Positions 57,162-64,000 of a stretch of 64,000 nucleotides of DNA are shown here, in pieces (position 1 is the first letter of the stretch; each line of letters starts with the position of its first letter). The notes beneath the pieces were generated by a model. That model had not been told where the DNA came from, did not search any database, and saw only the letters and a program-made list of their open reading frames with translations. Origin of the DNA: a virus; the IMG/VR virus record IMGVR_UViG_3300046513_000343, positions 1 to 64,000 of that record. One strand, 5' to 3'. Both the position numbers and the translations under genes were made by a program.

Positions 57162-59336
57162 CTAGGACTGGCTGATCGAAATGTCGTCAATCCAGAAATT
57201 GTTCGTCGTGCCGACCCCATCCCACACCAGGAACAGCGCCTCCACCACACCGGCCTCGGTGGGGGTGAAGGTCAGGCTCGATTGCACCCAGGTGTTGACC
57301 GACGGCGTGCAACTCACCGACACGTCATTGCCGACCCCGGCCAACTGGCCGCCAAGGACAATCAATTGCCCGGCGATGTTGGTGTTGTCGCGCCGCGTCC
57401 AGATGGAGAGCGTGACCATCGCGTTCGCGCTCACCGCGATCTTGGCCACCGACAGGCGCAGCGGATACTGACTGCTGCGGTTGGTTGAGGTGGGCCGAAA
57501 CTTCCAGCTGATGCCCGACGCCGTGTGGCGTTGGTCGGTGGCCGAGGTGATACTGCCGCCATCGGTCCAGATCAAATGGTTGTCGGCGGTCTGGTTGTGC
57601 TTGTGCGAGTAAATGTAGGTGCCATGCAAGGCGGTCGGATCACTAAACGCGGTGGTGCTGAACAGGCCGTTGATCACGTTTACGTGCGCGCTGTTGGGCG
57701 CCGCCAGTCCGGCCGTGCCGCTGCCGCTGCACACAAAGCCGCTCAGCGACAATTCGCGCACGGACAGGTGGTTGAAGCCGATGGTTTTATTGCCCTTGGC
57801 CCAAATGTCACGCAGCGGCGGGCCGGTCAGCAGGCCGGTGCCGGTGGCGAAGCCGACCGAATTGCCGCCGCTGCTTTGCAGTGCCACCGCGTCGATGATC
57901 ACGTTGGCCACCGAGAAATCCATGCCGGCGCCGCTGCACATATTGGTCACGACATTGCGCAGGGTGATGCTGGCGTCGGTCGCCCCGGCGAAGCTGAAAC
58001 CGCTGACCGCGTTGTTGTGGTGGCAGTTCGCGTAACGCCACCCCTTATTGGTGTAGTAGACCCCGTAACTGCACCGCACCGAATTCAAATTTTCCTGGGT
58101 GACGTAATCCATGCCGGCCGTGGGGTTGTAGGCGATGCCCATGCCGTTGCCGCCGTCCACCCACGTCTCGCCGGTTTGCGTACTCATGTCGGTCCGGTTC
58201 CAGCCGCCCTTGTAGACGATGGGCTGCGCGGCCGTCCCGCTTTCCTGCACCGCGTTATTGCCGCCAAGGGCGATGGTCCCCAGCGGCAGTGGCAGCGGCT
58301 CGCGCCTGTAGGTTGCTATTGTCTCGCTGGTGTGCGGATAGCCGTAGGACGTGCTGTTACTGTTGGCCTGCACGGGACCGTCAAGCCGCACGGTGGTGCC
58401 GTTGATTGAGGCAATGCCATACCACGTATCTTCCAGTCCCTCGCACTGCCAGGTCACACCGCCGTCTGTGACGCTGACGCCGATCTCCTGCGGCCAGGTC
58501 GGCTCGCTGCTGCCGGTGGCGCCGGTCTGCGCCGTCACCTTGTACTTGTAGCCGTTGCGGTTCGGCTGCGTGGGGCGGCGGATATCGTTCACCGCGTAGC
58601 TGGTGGAGGCGATCCAGCTCAGGTTGTGCACTTTGCCGATCAGCGAATTAAACGTCAGCGCGTCGGCACTGGAGGCCGCCTTGCAGGCGATGATATTGTC
58701 CAGGCGGATAACGACGGCGCCATTATCCACTTCACAATACAAGGCGATGGAAGCGATGGACGAATTCAGGTTCGTCCCGAAGTCCACCGTGACCGGCATC
58801 CAGTTCGTAAAACTAGACGCGGGTATGGCTGGGATGGGAACGGTATGCACGGTCGTCGCCCCGGCCGTGTCCGAACACAGACGCAGCGTGAGTGACGACA
58901 CAGGGATGGTGGCCGTGGTCGATATCCAAAACGACACTTGCTGATACGCGGACAAGTCCAGCGTGCCGGTGGCGAAATAGGCGGCCAGGCCGGTGCTGAA
59001 GGCATCCTGAATAGTAATAACAGCAAGCTTGGTGCCTTCTTTTTGAATAGAGGGGCTGCCCGTGCCAATCGACACGTTGGCCGAGCCTGTCCAAGCCGTC
59101 TCGCAGTCGCAAATGTTGGTCGTCACCGCGCTGGCCAGCGTGATAGTGCGGCTGGCGTTGGTCCAGGTGGCACTGCCCACCAGCGTGGGGTCGGGCGAGG
59201 CCATGAGGCGGATGGTGTCGCCGGGCGCGGTGCGCGCAGCGGTGGCACCGCTGCCGAAGGTCAGCCAGCGATTGGCGAAGCTGGTCCCGTCGTTGGCGTC
59301 GTTGCCGCCCACCAGATCGAGGTAAAAAGTCGCCAT
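57162..59336 (-). CDS. Receptor-binding/appendage protein (beta-helix and carbohydrate-binding-like)
   Basis: 724 aa; FYLDLVGGNDANDGTS..N.W.T N-terminus; TGSSEPTWP...VTDGGVTW CBM-like; Asn-rich beta-helix-like region. Confidence 0.65.
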   Translation of the reverse strand: MATFYLDLVGGNDANDGTSFANRWLTFGSGATAARTAPGDTIRLMASPDPTLVGSATWTNASRTITLASAVTTNICDCETAWTGSANVSIGTGSPSIQKEGTKLAVITIQDAFSTGLAAYFATGTLDLSAYQQVSFWISTTATIPVSSLTLRLCSDTAGATTVHTVPIPAIPASSFTNWMPVTVDFGTNLNSSIASIALYCEVDNGAVVIRLDNIIACKAASSADALTFNSLIGKVHNLSWIASTSYAVNDIRRPTQPNRNGYKYKVTAQTGATGSSEPTWPQEIGVSVTDGGVTWQCEGLEDTWYGIASINGTTVRLDGPVQANSNSTSYGYPHTSETIATYRREPLPLPLGTIALGGNNAVQESGTAAQPIVYKGGWNRTDMSTQTGETWVDGGNGMGIAYNPTAGMDYVTQENLNSVRCSYGVYYTNKGWRYANCHHNNAVSGFSFAGATDASITLRNVVTNMCSGAGMDFSVANVIIDAVALQSSGGNSVGFATGTGLLTGPPLRDIWAKGNKTIGFNHLSVRELSLSGFVCSGSGTAGLAAPNSAHVNVINGLFSTTAFSDPTALHGTYIYSHKHNQTADNHLIWTDGGSITSATDQRHTASGISWKFRPTSTNRSSQYPLRLSVAKIAVSANAMVTLSIWTRRDNTNIAGQLIVLGGQLAGVGNDVSVSCTPSVNTWVQSSLTFTPTEAGVVEALFLVWDGVGTTNNFWIDDISISQS

Positions 59337-59362
59337 CCCGCGCTCCTAGCGCCCGCGCCCGC

Positions 59363-59782
59363 TTACAGGCCGGACGTGGCTTTGTTGAGCGTGTGCACGA
59401 AGGCCGAGCAGGACACCGTTTGCGCCGCCGTGATGGTGGTGGTGGCGATGTTCAGGTTGGCGCCCGAGGTGCCCACCGTGCCGTCCAGGATGGCCGTGGT
59501 GCCGTCCGATTTCAGGGCGCGGAACCAGGACGCCGTGCCGGAGGCGTCGGCCGACGAGTCGGCCGTGATGGCGTTGGCGGTCATCACCCCGGCCGAGGTG
59601 GCGCCAAAGGCGGTGGCGCCAAAGCGCAGCTCGGCCAGCAGCGTGTTGCCCGACAGCGCCGTGTCGGCGGTGGCCGGCTGGGTGCCGCTGTAGATTCTCA
59701 AATATCCAGACGAAAACAGGGTTGCCAGAGCGTCCCCCTCTTGATTTACTGCAACATTCGACAGCTGCGTATTCAGGGCCAT
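59363..59782 (-). CDS. Small virion structural protein
   Basis: 139 aa; LRIYSGTQPATADTALSGNTLLAEL...ADASGTASWFR...LDGTVG. Confidence 0.75.
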   Translation of the reverse strand: MALNTQLSNVAVNQEGDALATLFSSGYLRIYSGTQPATADTALSGNTLLAELRFGATAFGATSAGVMTANAITADSSADASGTASWFRALKSDGTTAILDGTVGTSGANLNIATTTITAAQTVSCSAFVHTLNKATSGL

Positions 59783-59796
59783 GATGTTTCCCCCAC

Positions 59797-59866
59797 AAGA
59801 AAAAGCCCGCGTAATGCGGGCTTGATAGAAATGTCCAGATGAAAAAAAACCCGCTGATTAGCGGGC
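59797..59866 (-). terminator. Two tandem rho-independent terminators
   Basis: CCCGCT-AATC-AGCGGG-T8 (59842-59866) and AAGCCCGC-ATTAC-GCGGGCTT-TTTCTT (59797-59823). Confidence 0.65.
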
Positions 59867-59895
59867 CATATGAAATGCCAGGTGTTATTCAATGA

Positions 59896-60900
59896 CTACT
59901 CTACTGGAGCGCCCTCGCTGGTGCGTTTTTTTGCCTTGCCCGCCAGCCGCGCCGCCACCCACTCAGCGCTCTGTTTTTTGCCGAGCTTGGCTGCCGACAG
60001 TTTGGCGCGGTGTTCTGGCGTAAGTACCTTACCCTTGTTTGCCTTGCCCAAGTTGGCCAGGTGCTCTGCGGTTTTAACCCTGCCCTTGAGCTTCGCCGAT
60101 ATTTGCGCTCGCGTTGCCACCGAAATGACCTGCCCCTTGTGCGCTTCGGATAACTTGGCGCAGAACTCGGCGCTCATTATCATATTCTTGTTCCATGGGG
60201 TCGCCGGTGGGCTTGGCAGCTTCGGCGGTGGGGGTGGCAACATCGCCAGCTTGCGCGCACGGTTCGCCGCTTGCGTTGCGAGCCTTTTGGTGACCTGCTC
60301 TGGCGGCTGCTTCTTGCCAATTTTTGCCGCCGCAAGACGAAATCTGGTTTCAGGCGACACCGTGCGGCCTTTGGCGTTTGAATTGCCCATGCCAGCTTCG
60401 CTCAACCGCTTTTTCGTTTCATCCGAGTGGTGGGACAGTTGCTCTTTTTTTGCCTTGGAGATTGCCGCCCCACGCTCTGGCGGATAGGGGCCACGCTTCT
60501 TGCCTTTTTGCCCGGCACCGATATTTGCCCGCCACTCTGCTGACATCACGCGGCCCGTTAAGGACTTGCTGATATTGGCACGATGTTCTGGTGAATTTGT
60601 CATGCCTAACCGGCTACCGGCCGTCGCCGTCATGTTGTACCCCGATGCCCAGGCATCGAAACCGTCAATCGCGCGCTGCTCGTAGAACAGCAAGTCCTTC
60701 TTCTCGCAGCAGAACAAGATCACAAACACGAATGTATCCTTGCCGTACTTGATCCACGCTCGTTGCAGCTTGCTGCTGTGGTGGCAATTAGTATTGAGTT
60801 CGTGCCTATGCTTTATGAACCGCTTAGAGAAATGCACAGCGCTACCGACATACCGCTTGCCGTTGCTGGTATTAATGATTGCGTACACACCGGATTTCAT
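59896..60900 (-). CDS. Free-standing GIY-YIG homing endonuclease with NUMOD3 repeats
   Basis: GAGGTG SD; MKSGVYAIINTSNGKRYVGS...R...H...LQRAW.KYG...E...GYN, then many (H/M)S.E.RAK(L/I)S..KG repeats; lower GC than neighbours. Confidence 0.9.
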   Translation of the reverse strand: MKSGVYAIINTSNGKRYVGSAVHFSKRFIKHRHELNTNCHHSSKLQRAWIKYGKDTFVFVILFCCEKKDLLFYEQRAIDGFDAWASGYNMTATAGSRLGMTNSPEHRANISKSLTGRVMSAEWRANIGAGQKGKKRGPYPPERGAAISKAKKEQLSHHSDETKKRLSEAGMGNSNAKGRTVSPETRFRLAAAKIGKKQPPEQVTKRLATQAANRARKLAMLPPPPPKLPSPPATPWNKNMIMSAEFCAKLSEAHKGQVISVATRAQISAKLKGRVKTAEHLANLGKANKGKVLTPEHRAKLSAAKLGKKQSAEWVAARLAGKAKKRTSEGAPVE

Positions 60901-60943
60901 TTTCACCTCGCGGTCGATGTGTACATTGTATTGCCTGGATTCC

Positions 60944-60970
60944 AAAAAAAAAGCCCGCGCGAGGCGGGCT
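60944..60970 (-). terminator. Rho-independent terminator
   Basis: AGCCCGC-CTCGC-GCGGGCT followed by a long T tract. Confidence 0.75.
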
Positions 60971-60995
60971 GAACGTGGTGAACGTGGTGTCAGTC

Positions 60996-61148
60996 TCAGC
61001 GCGAGCCTGGCGGGGAATTGTTGGGCAGCAGCCACCAGCCGAGCTGGCGGCGAATTTCCACCGGCGTGCCCGGTGGCGTGGGCGCTTTAGCGCGCTCCTG
61101 CAGGTAGTGGCGGACAGCTTCTTTCGTCGGCGGGATCACGGTCGGCAT
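60996..61148 (-). CDS. 50-aa small protein (below ORF-track cutoff)
   Basis: AGGAGG SD; MPTVIPPTKEAVRHYLQERAKAPTPPGTPVEIRRQLGWWLLPNNSPPGSR. Confidence 0.65.
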   Translation of the reverse strand: MPTVIPPTKEAVRHYLQERAKAPTPPGTPVEIRRQLGWWLLPNNSPPGSR

Positions 61149-61167
61149 GGCAACCTCCTGCGGGGTG

Positions 61168-61223
61168 GTTTAGCTGAAACGGCCTGATTAGCTGCACAGC
61201 TAATCAGGCCAGATCAGCTAAAC
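61168..61223. repeat. 56-bp near-perfect palindrome
   Basis: GTTTAGCTGA-aac-GGCCTGATTAGCTG-ca-CAGCTAATCAGGCC-aga-TCAGCTAAAC. Confidence 0.85.
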
Positions 61224-61231
61224 AAGCGGGC

Positions 61232-61477
61232 TTAGTCGGGCGCTGCGGTGAAGGTGACGTAGTATTTTTTGCCTGGCTCGAAGAACATCGCGGCAGCCGC
61301 TTCGGCGTCGATCCCCATCTGGCAGCTGCCCCATGGGGTGTACTTGGTGAAGTCGGCGTTCTCGCTTTTGTCGTTGGAGTAGACGCAGCCCAGGTCCACC
61401 CGCGTGACCGCGCCGCTGGGAGTGGGCTGGGAGGTGCTGTTGCAAACCATCTTGGCGCGCACGGAAGTAATCGTCAT
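61232..61477 (-). CDS. Hypothetical phage protein, first late gene
   Basis: AGGAG SD; VRAKMVC...EN..F.KYTP.GS..M.ID...F.PGKKYYV.F, 81 aa. Confidence 0.75.
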   Translation of the reverse strand: MTITSVRAKMVCNSTSQPTPSGAVTRVDLGCVYSNDKSENADFTKYTPWGSCQMGIDAEAAAAMFFEPGKKYYVTFTAAPD

Positions 61478-61558
61478 GGTGATGCTCCTATAGAGGCCCG
61501 GTAGGGCGGGTATAGGGCTGTGGTCTTGCGTCTTGCGCCCCGAAAGCTGAAAACCAAT

Positions 61559-61597
61559 GCAACAAGCCCGCGCCTGGTAAGGGGGCGGGCTTGTTGC
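61559..61597. terminator. tR'-like terminator hairpin
   Basis: GCAACAAGCCCGC...GCGGGCTTGTTGC, 160-200 nt downstream of the PR'-like promoter. Confidence 0.6.
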
Positions 61598-61763
61598 GAA
61601 AAGGGAAGTGCGAGGGTACGGGCGAACAAGGGCAGCAAGGGTCGCCTTCCGATGTAGACAGGTTCTTTGCTGCACCCGCCAATGGGGGTGTTCGCCCGAA
61701 TTATGCCGACTCGAAAGGGCCAGAAACTTCCCACGGCAACCCAATACGTCCGGCAGTGCGCAC

Positions 61764-61792
61764 AGCTTAAATGTTTCGATTTTCAAATTCAA
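61764..61792 (-). promoter_or_regulatory. PR'-like sigma70 late promoter
   Basis: TTGAAT-N17-TAAGCT immediately after the Q-like gene. Confidence 0.7.
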
Positions 61793-61798
61793 GCCTTT

Positions 61799-62299
61799 TC
61801 AAGCGACTTCCCGGCGCAGCTTCTTTTTAGCCCGCGCCCCCGCCTTGTACTCGAAGATGAACAGTTCCTCGATCATGTCCAGCACGTAGTCACGGATCGC
61901 CGGGTTGCAGCGCAGCTCGGCCTGGCCGCTGCCGTCGCACAGCGCGCAGTTCTTGGCTGACAGGGTCGGCGTGTTGAAGATGGTCTCCTGGCAGCGCCCG
62001 GTGCAGGCCGGGCACACCGACGAAATCCAGCGTGTCAGCGAGAGATAGGCGACCTTGTCGATCGGGACATGCACCGGCCAGTTGCGGCGGCCGGCCTTCT
62101 GCGACACGATCCACGTCCACTGGTCGCGCAGGCGCGGGTAGCTCGAAACGTCGTTGAAATACTTGACGCGGAAGTACAGCCCGCCAAAAGCCGACGACAG
62201 CGCCATCGCCGCCAGCACATCGGTGTCGAAGTGAAATTCGTCCGATCGGAGGTTGCCCGAGCCGACCGCGCGCACGTAGCGCTGTGCCAGTTGTGCCAT
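61799..62299 (-). CDS. Lambda-Q-like late antiterminator
   Basis: CPACTG...CALCDGSG zinc finger; last gene before the late promoter and terminator. Confidence 0.7.
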   Translation of the reverse strand: MAQLAQRYVRAVGSGNLRSDEFHFDTDVLAAMALSSAFGGLYFRVKYFNDVSSYPRLRDQWTWIVSQKAGRRNWPVHVPIDKVAYLSLTRWISSVCPACTGRCQETIFNTPTLSAKNCALCDGSGQAELRCNPAIRDYVLDMIEELFIFEYKAGARAKKKLRREVA

Positions 62300-62311
62300 A
62301 TCGTCCTCCGC

Positions 62312-62509
62312 TTACAACTTGGCCACGTAGGCCGCCAGCAGGTCCAGCGCCGCATCGAGCAGCGCCGGCGTCGGTGTCTGCCCATTGTCCAGCAGCGGGT
62401 CCAGCCACTGCTGCGCCTGTTCCTGCTGTTGCTTGCTGGCGCACATCACCCAGCGCAAAGCGCGGTAGCGCTGCGCGTCGAGGTGGTCCTTGCTCGCTTG
62501 CTCGTCCAT
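62312..62509 (-). CDS. Hypothetical protein
   Basis: 65 aa, DAQRYRALR...LDAALD. Confidence 0.65.
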   Translation of the reverse strand: MDEQASKDHLDAQRYRALRWVMCASKQQQEQAQQWLDPLLDNGQTPTPALLDAALDLLAAYVAKL

Positions 62510-62517
62510 GGCCGCTC

Positions 62518-62880
62518 CTACGTTTCCAGAATGTCGATGTTGTATAGCGCCTTCATGATGTGGCGCTTGATCTTGTAGACGCGCGTGAGCACGCCCTTGG
62601 TGTCCTCGATGACCGTCTTGCCGCTGGCGGTCAGCGTGTAGCCGAAATCGGCGACGTAGCGCAGCGCCGGCGTGGCCCGCTTTGATCCAAACAGACGCAC
62701 CGACGGCACCAGCTCGAACGACACCTGGCGGCGCAGGTCGCTGATCTTGCCGCGCTGTTGCAGGCGGGTCAGCTCAATCCAGCGCGCCGCCTCGGCCTGC
62801 GAATCGAAGTGCTGGCCGTTGATCTCGACGTGCCTGTTGCCATACTTCGGGCGCTTGGGCAGGGAGCCGGGGCGCTTCAA
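62518..62880 (-). CDS. DUF1064-family endonuclease-like protein
   Basis: KYGNR...FDSQAEAARW.EL...G.ISDL.RQV.F...YVADF.Y...IEDTKG. Confidence 0.85.
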   Translation of the reverse strand: MKRPGSLPKRPKYGNRHVEINGQHFDSQAEAARWIELTRLQQRGKISDLRRQVSFELVPSVRLFGSKRATPALRYVADFGYTLTASGKTVIEDTKGVLTRVYKIKRHIMKALYNIDILET

Positions 62881-63368
62881 TTGCTGTCTCCGCCGCCACC
62901 TCCGCAGCCGTCGCTGCCGCCGCTATCGCTGCTGGCCGCGTTGGCGGCATCGCTGCCGGACGGGACGCACCAGTCGCTGTTCGACGGCAGATGGTGGATC
63001 GGCACCAGATGCACCTGCATGCCCATATCGAGCGGCATGCTGTCCGGTGCCGGGCTTGATACGCTGTCACGCTGCGCTTGCGCAGCTGGCCGCGGCGCCA
63101 GCTTGCCCTCGCGCTCGCGTTGCATGTCGCGTATCACATTGCGCTCGAATGTTGCGCGCTCGTTGCGCTGCGCCAGCGCCGCTTCCCGGCTGCGGGTCCA
63201 CGCCGCGTCGCGTGCCTGGCGCGCCGCATCCTGCGCCGCCTTCTCGCGGGCGCGCCGTGCCCCGATCGCCTGCGCCATCGCCGCCGTGCGCTCGATCGCT
63301 GCCTCGATTTCCCGCTCGGCGCGCGCATGGCGTGCCGCCGGTCCCCATTTTTTCAGCCATCCAAACAT
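62877..63368 (-). CDS. Hypothetical protein with Gly/Ser-rich tail
   Basis: 163 aa, GGAG SD. Confidence 0.6.
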   Translation of the reverse strand: MFGWLKKWGPAARHARAEREIEAAIERTAAMAQAIGARRAREKAAQDAARQARDAAWTRSREAALAQRNERATFERNVIRDMQREREGKLAPRPAAQAQRDSVSSPAPDSMPLDMGMQVHLVPIHHLPSNSDWCVPSGSDAANAASSDSGGSDGCGGGGGDSN

Positions 63369-63396
63369 GCTTTGCTCCCGGTGAAGTGACTCGGAC

Positions 63397-63783
63397 TTAC
63401 GCTTTTTCCAGCGCGGCGTACCCGCTTGGCACGGCGCGCAGGTCGTTGCTGCCCTCGCGTATGCCGCGCGTGGACAGGAAGTAGCGGCGGTCCAGCGGCG
63501 GCGTGAAACGGTTCACCACGCGCGGCGGCACCAGCGGCGTGGCCACCTTCGGCTGCGGCGGTTCGTAGTAAAACAGCACCGCCTCGCTGACGCAGTAACG
63601 CGCCCCAACCCGGTCCAGGCAGCCGAGCGTCACCAGTTCCTCGTACAGCTTGTCCATGTCGGCCAGCGTCATCTTGTTGAACGAGCCGTGCAGCTCGATC
63701 CCCTCCTTGAGCGTGACCGGCCCGCACTGGCGCAGCGCCTGCACGATGGCCATGGTGCGGGAGTTCTTCGGCGGCAGTTTCAT
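63397..63783 (-). CDS. Hypothetical (winged-helix-like) protein
   Basis: AAGGAG SD, MKLPPKNSRT..., 128 aa. Confidence 0.6.
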   Translation of the reverse strand: MKLPPKNSRTMAIVQALRQCGPVTLKEGIELHGSFNKMTLADMDKLYEELVTLGCLDRVGARYCVSEAVLFYYEPPQPKVATPLVPPRVVNRFTPPLDRRYFLSTRGIREGSNDLRAVPSGYAALEKA

Positions 63784-64000
63784 GGCGCTTCTCCTTGGCT
63801 GTATTTGGTGATCGGTTGGCGCCAGGTATCGAGCAACCACGTATTGAGGCGCACATAGTTGTTCTCGGCGGTTTGGGTGTAGCCATTGCGCAGTGCCATC
63901 GCCAGCGTGGCGATGTAATCCATCATCGGGCCGGGGCTGGCGCGCACCAGCTGGCGCCATTCCTCGGCCTCGTCCTCCGTCATGTCGTAAAACCACACGA
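63780..64000 (-). CDS. Hypothetical protein, C-terminal part
   Basis: Open frame entering from the right edge, ATGA overlap with the next gene. Confidence 0.5.
   Translation of the reverse strand, partial: VWFYDMTEDEAEEWRQLVRASPGPMMDYIATLAMALRNGYTQTAENNYVRLNTWLLDTWRQPITKYSQGEAP

Larger units (their letters stand above)
1..64000. mobile_element. Temperate podovirus-like phage/prophage, late region
   Basis: Q-like gene, terS/terL, portal, scaffold, capsid, adaptor and ejection proteins; no tape measure, sheath or host housekeeping genes recognised. Confidence 0.9.

Noticed and set aside
56160-59336. Diversity-generating retroelement targeting fibre genes
   Set aside because: No reverse transcriptase and no adenine-variant repeat pair noticed.
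61478-61792. N-terminal extension of the 61232 ORF (186 aa in track), and the similar extension of the endonuclease ORF to 61035
   Set aside because: The extensions run through promoter and terminator sequence; good SDs mark starts at 61477 and 60900.

Overview
The whole window is part of a GC-rich, probably temperate, podovirus-like phage or prophage. A betaproteobacterial (Oxalobacteraceae-like) host is my guess only. Almost all genes are on the minus strand. From right to left: nin-like genes (DUF1064); a lambda-Q-like antiterminator with a PR'/tR'-like late promoter and leader; a free-standing GIY-YIG/NUMOD3 endonuclease; a five-gene fibre/appendage module; a 6.3-kb plus-strand accessory cluster led by DUF932; terminase small and large subunits; portal; a DNA methyltransferase; scaffold; an N4-gp56-type major capsid gene; sugar-modifying enzymes (TylF-type O-MTase, MTase-GT9 fusion); an Ntn-hydrolase; adaptor and tail genes; internal virion proteins; and a giant (>=5,499 aa) DarB-like polyvalent protein that runs off the left edge. 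Three things stand out, none annotated correctly by the ORF track. (1) The major capsid gene is split into three exons by two compact, ORF-less group I introns (35597-35866 and 35239-35467). (2) A 103-aa gene with a perfect Shine-Dalgarno is nested out of frame on the same strand inside the giant protein gene, just before its N6-methyltransferase domain. (3) The giant protein joins SLT-like, pyrophosphatase-like, C5-MTase, N6-MTase, SNF2 helicase, metallopeptidase-like and Hsp90/MORC-type GHKL ATPase domains. All family assignments come from motif recognition by eye; no database search was run.
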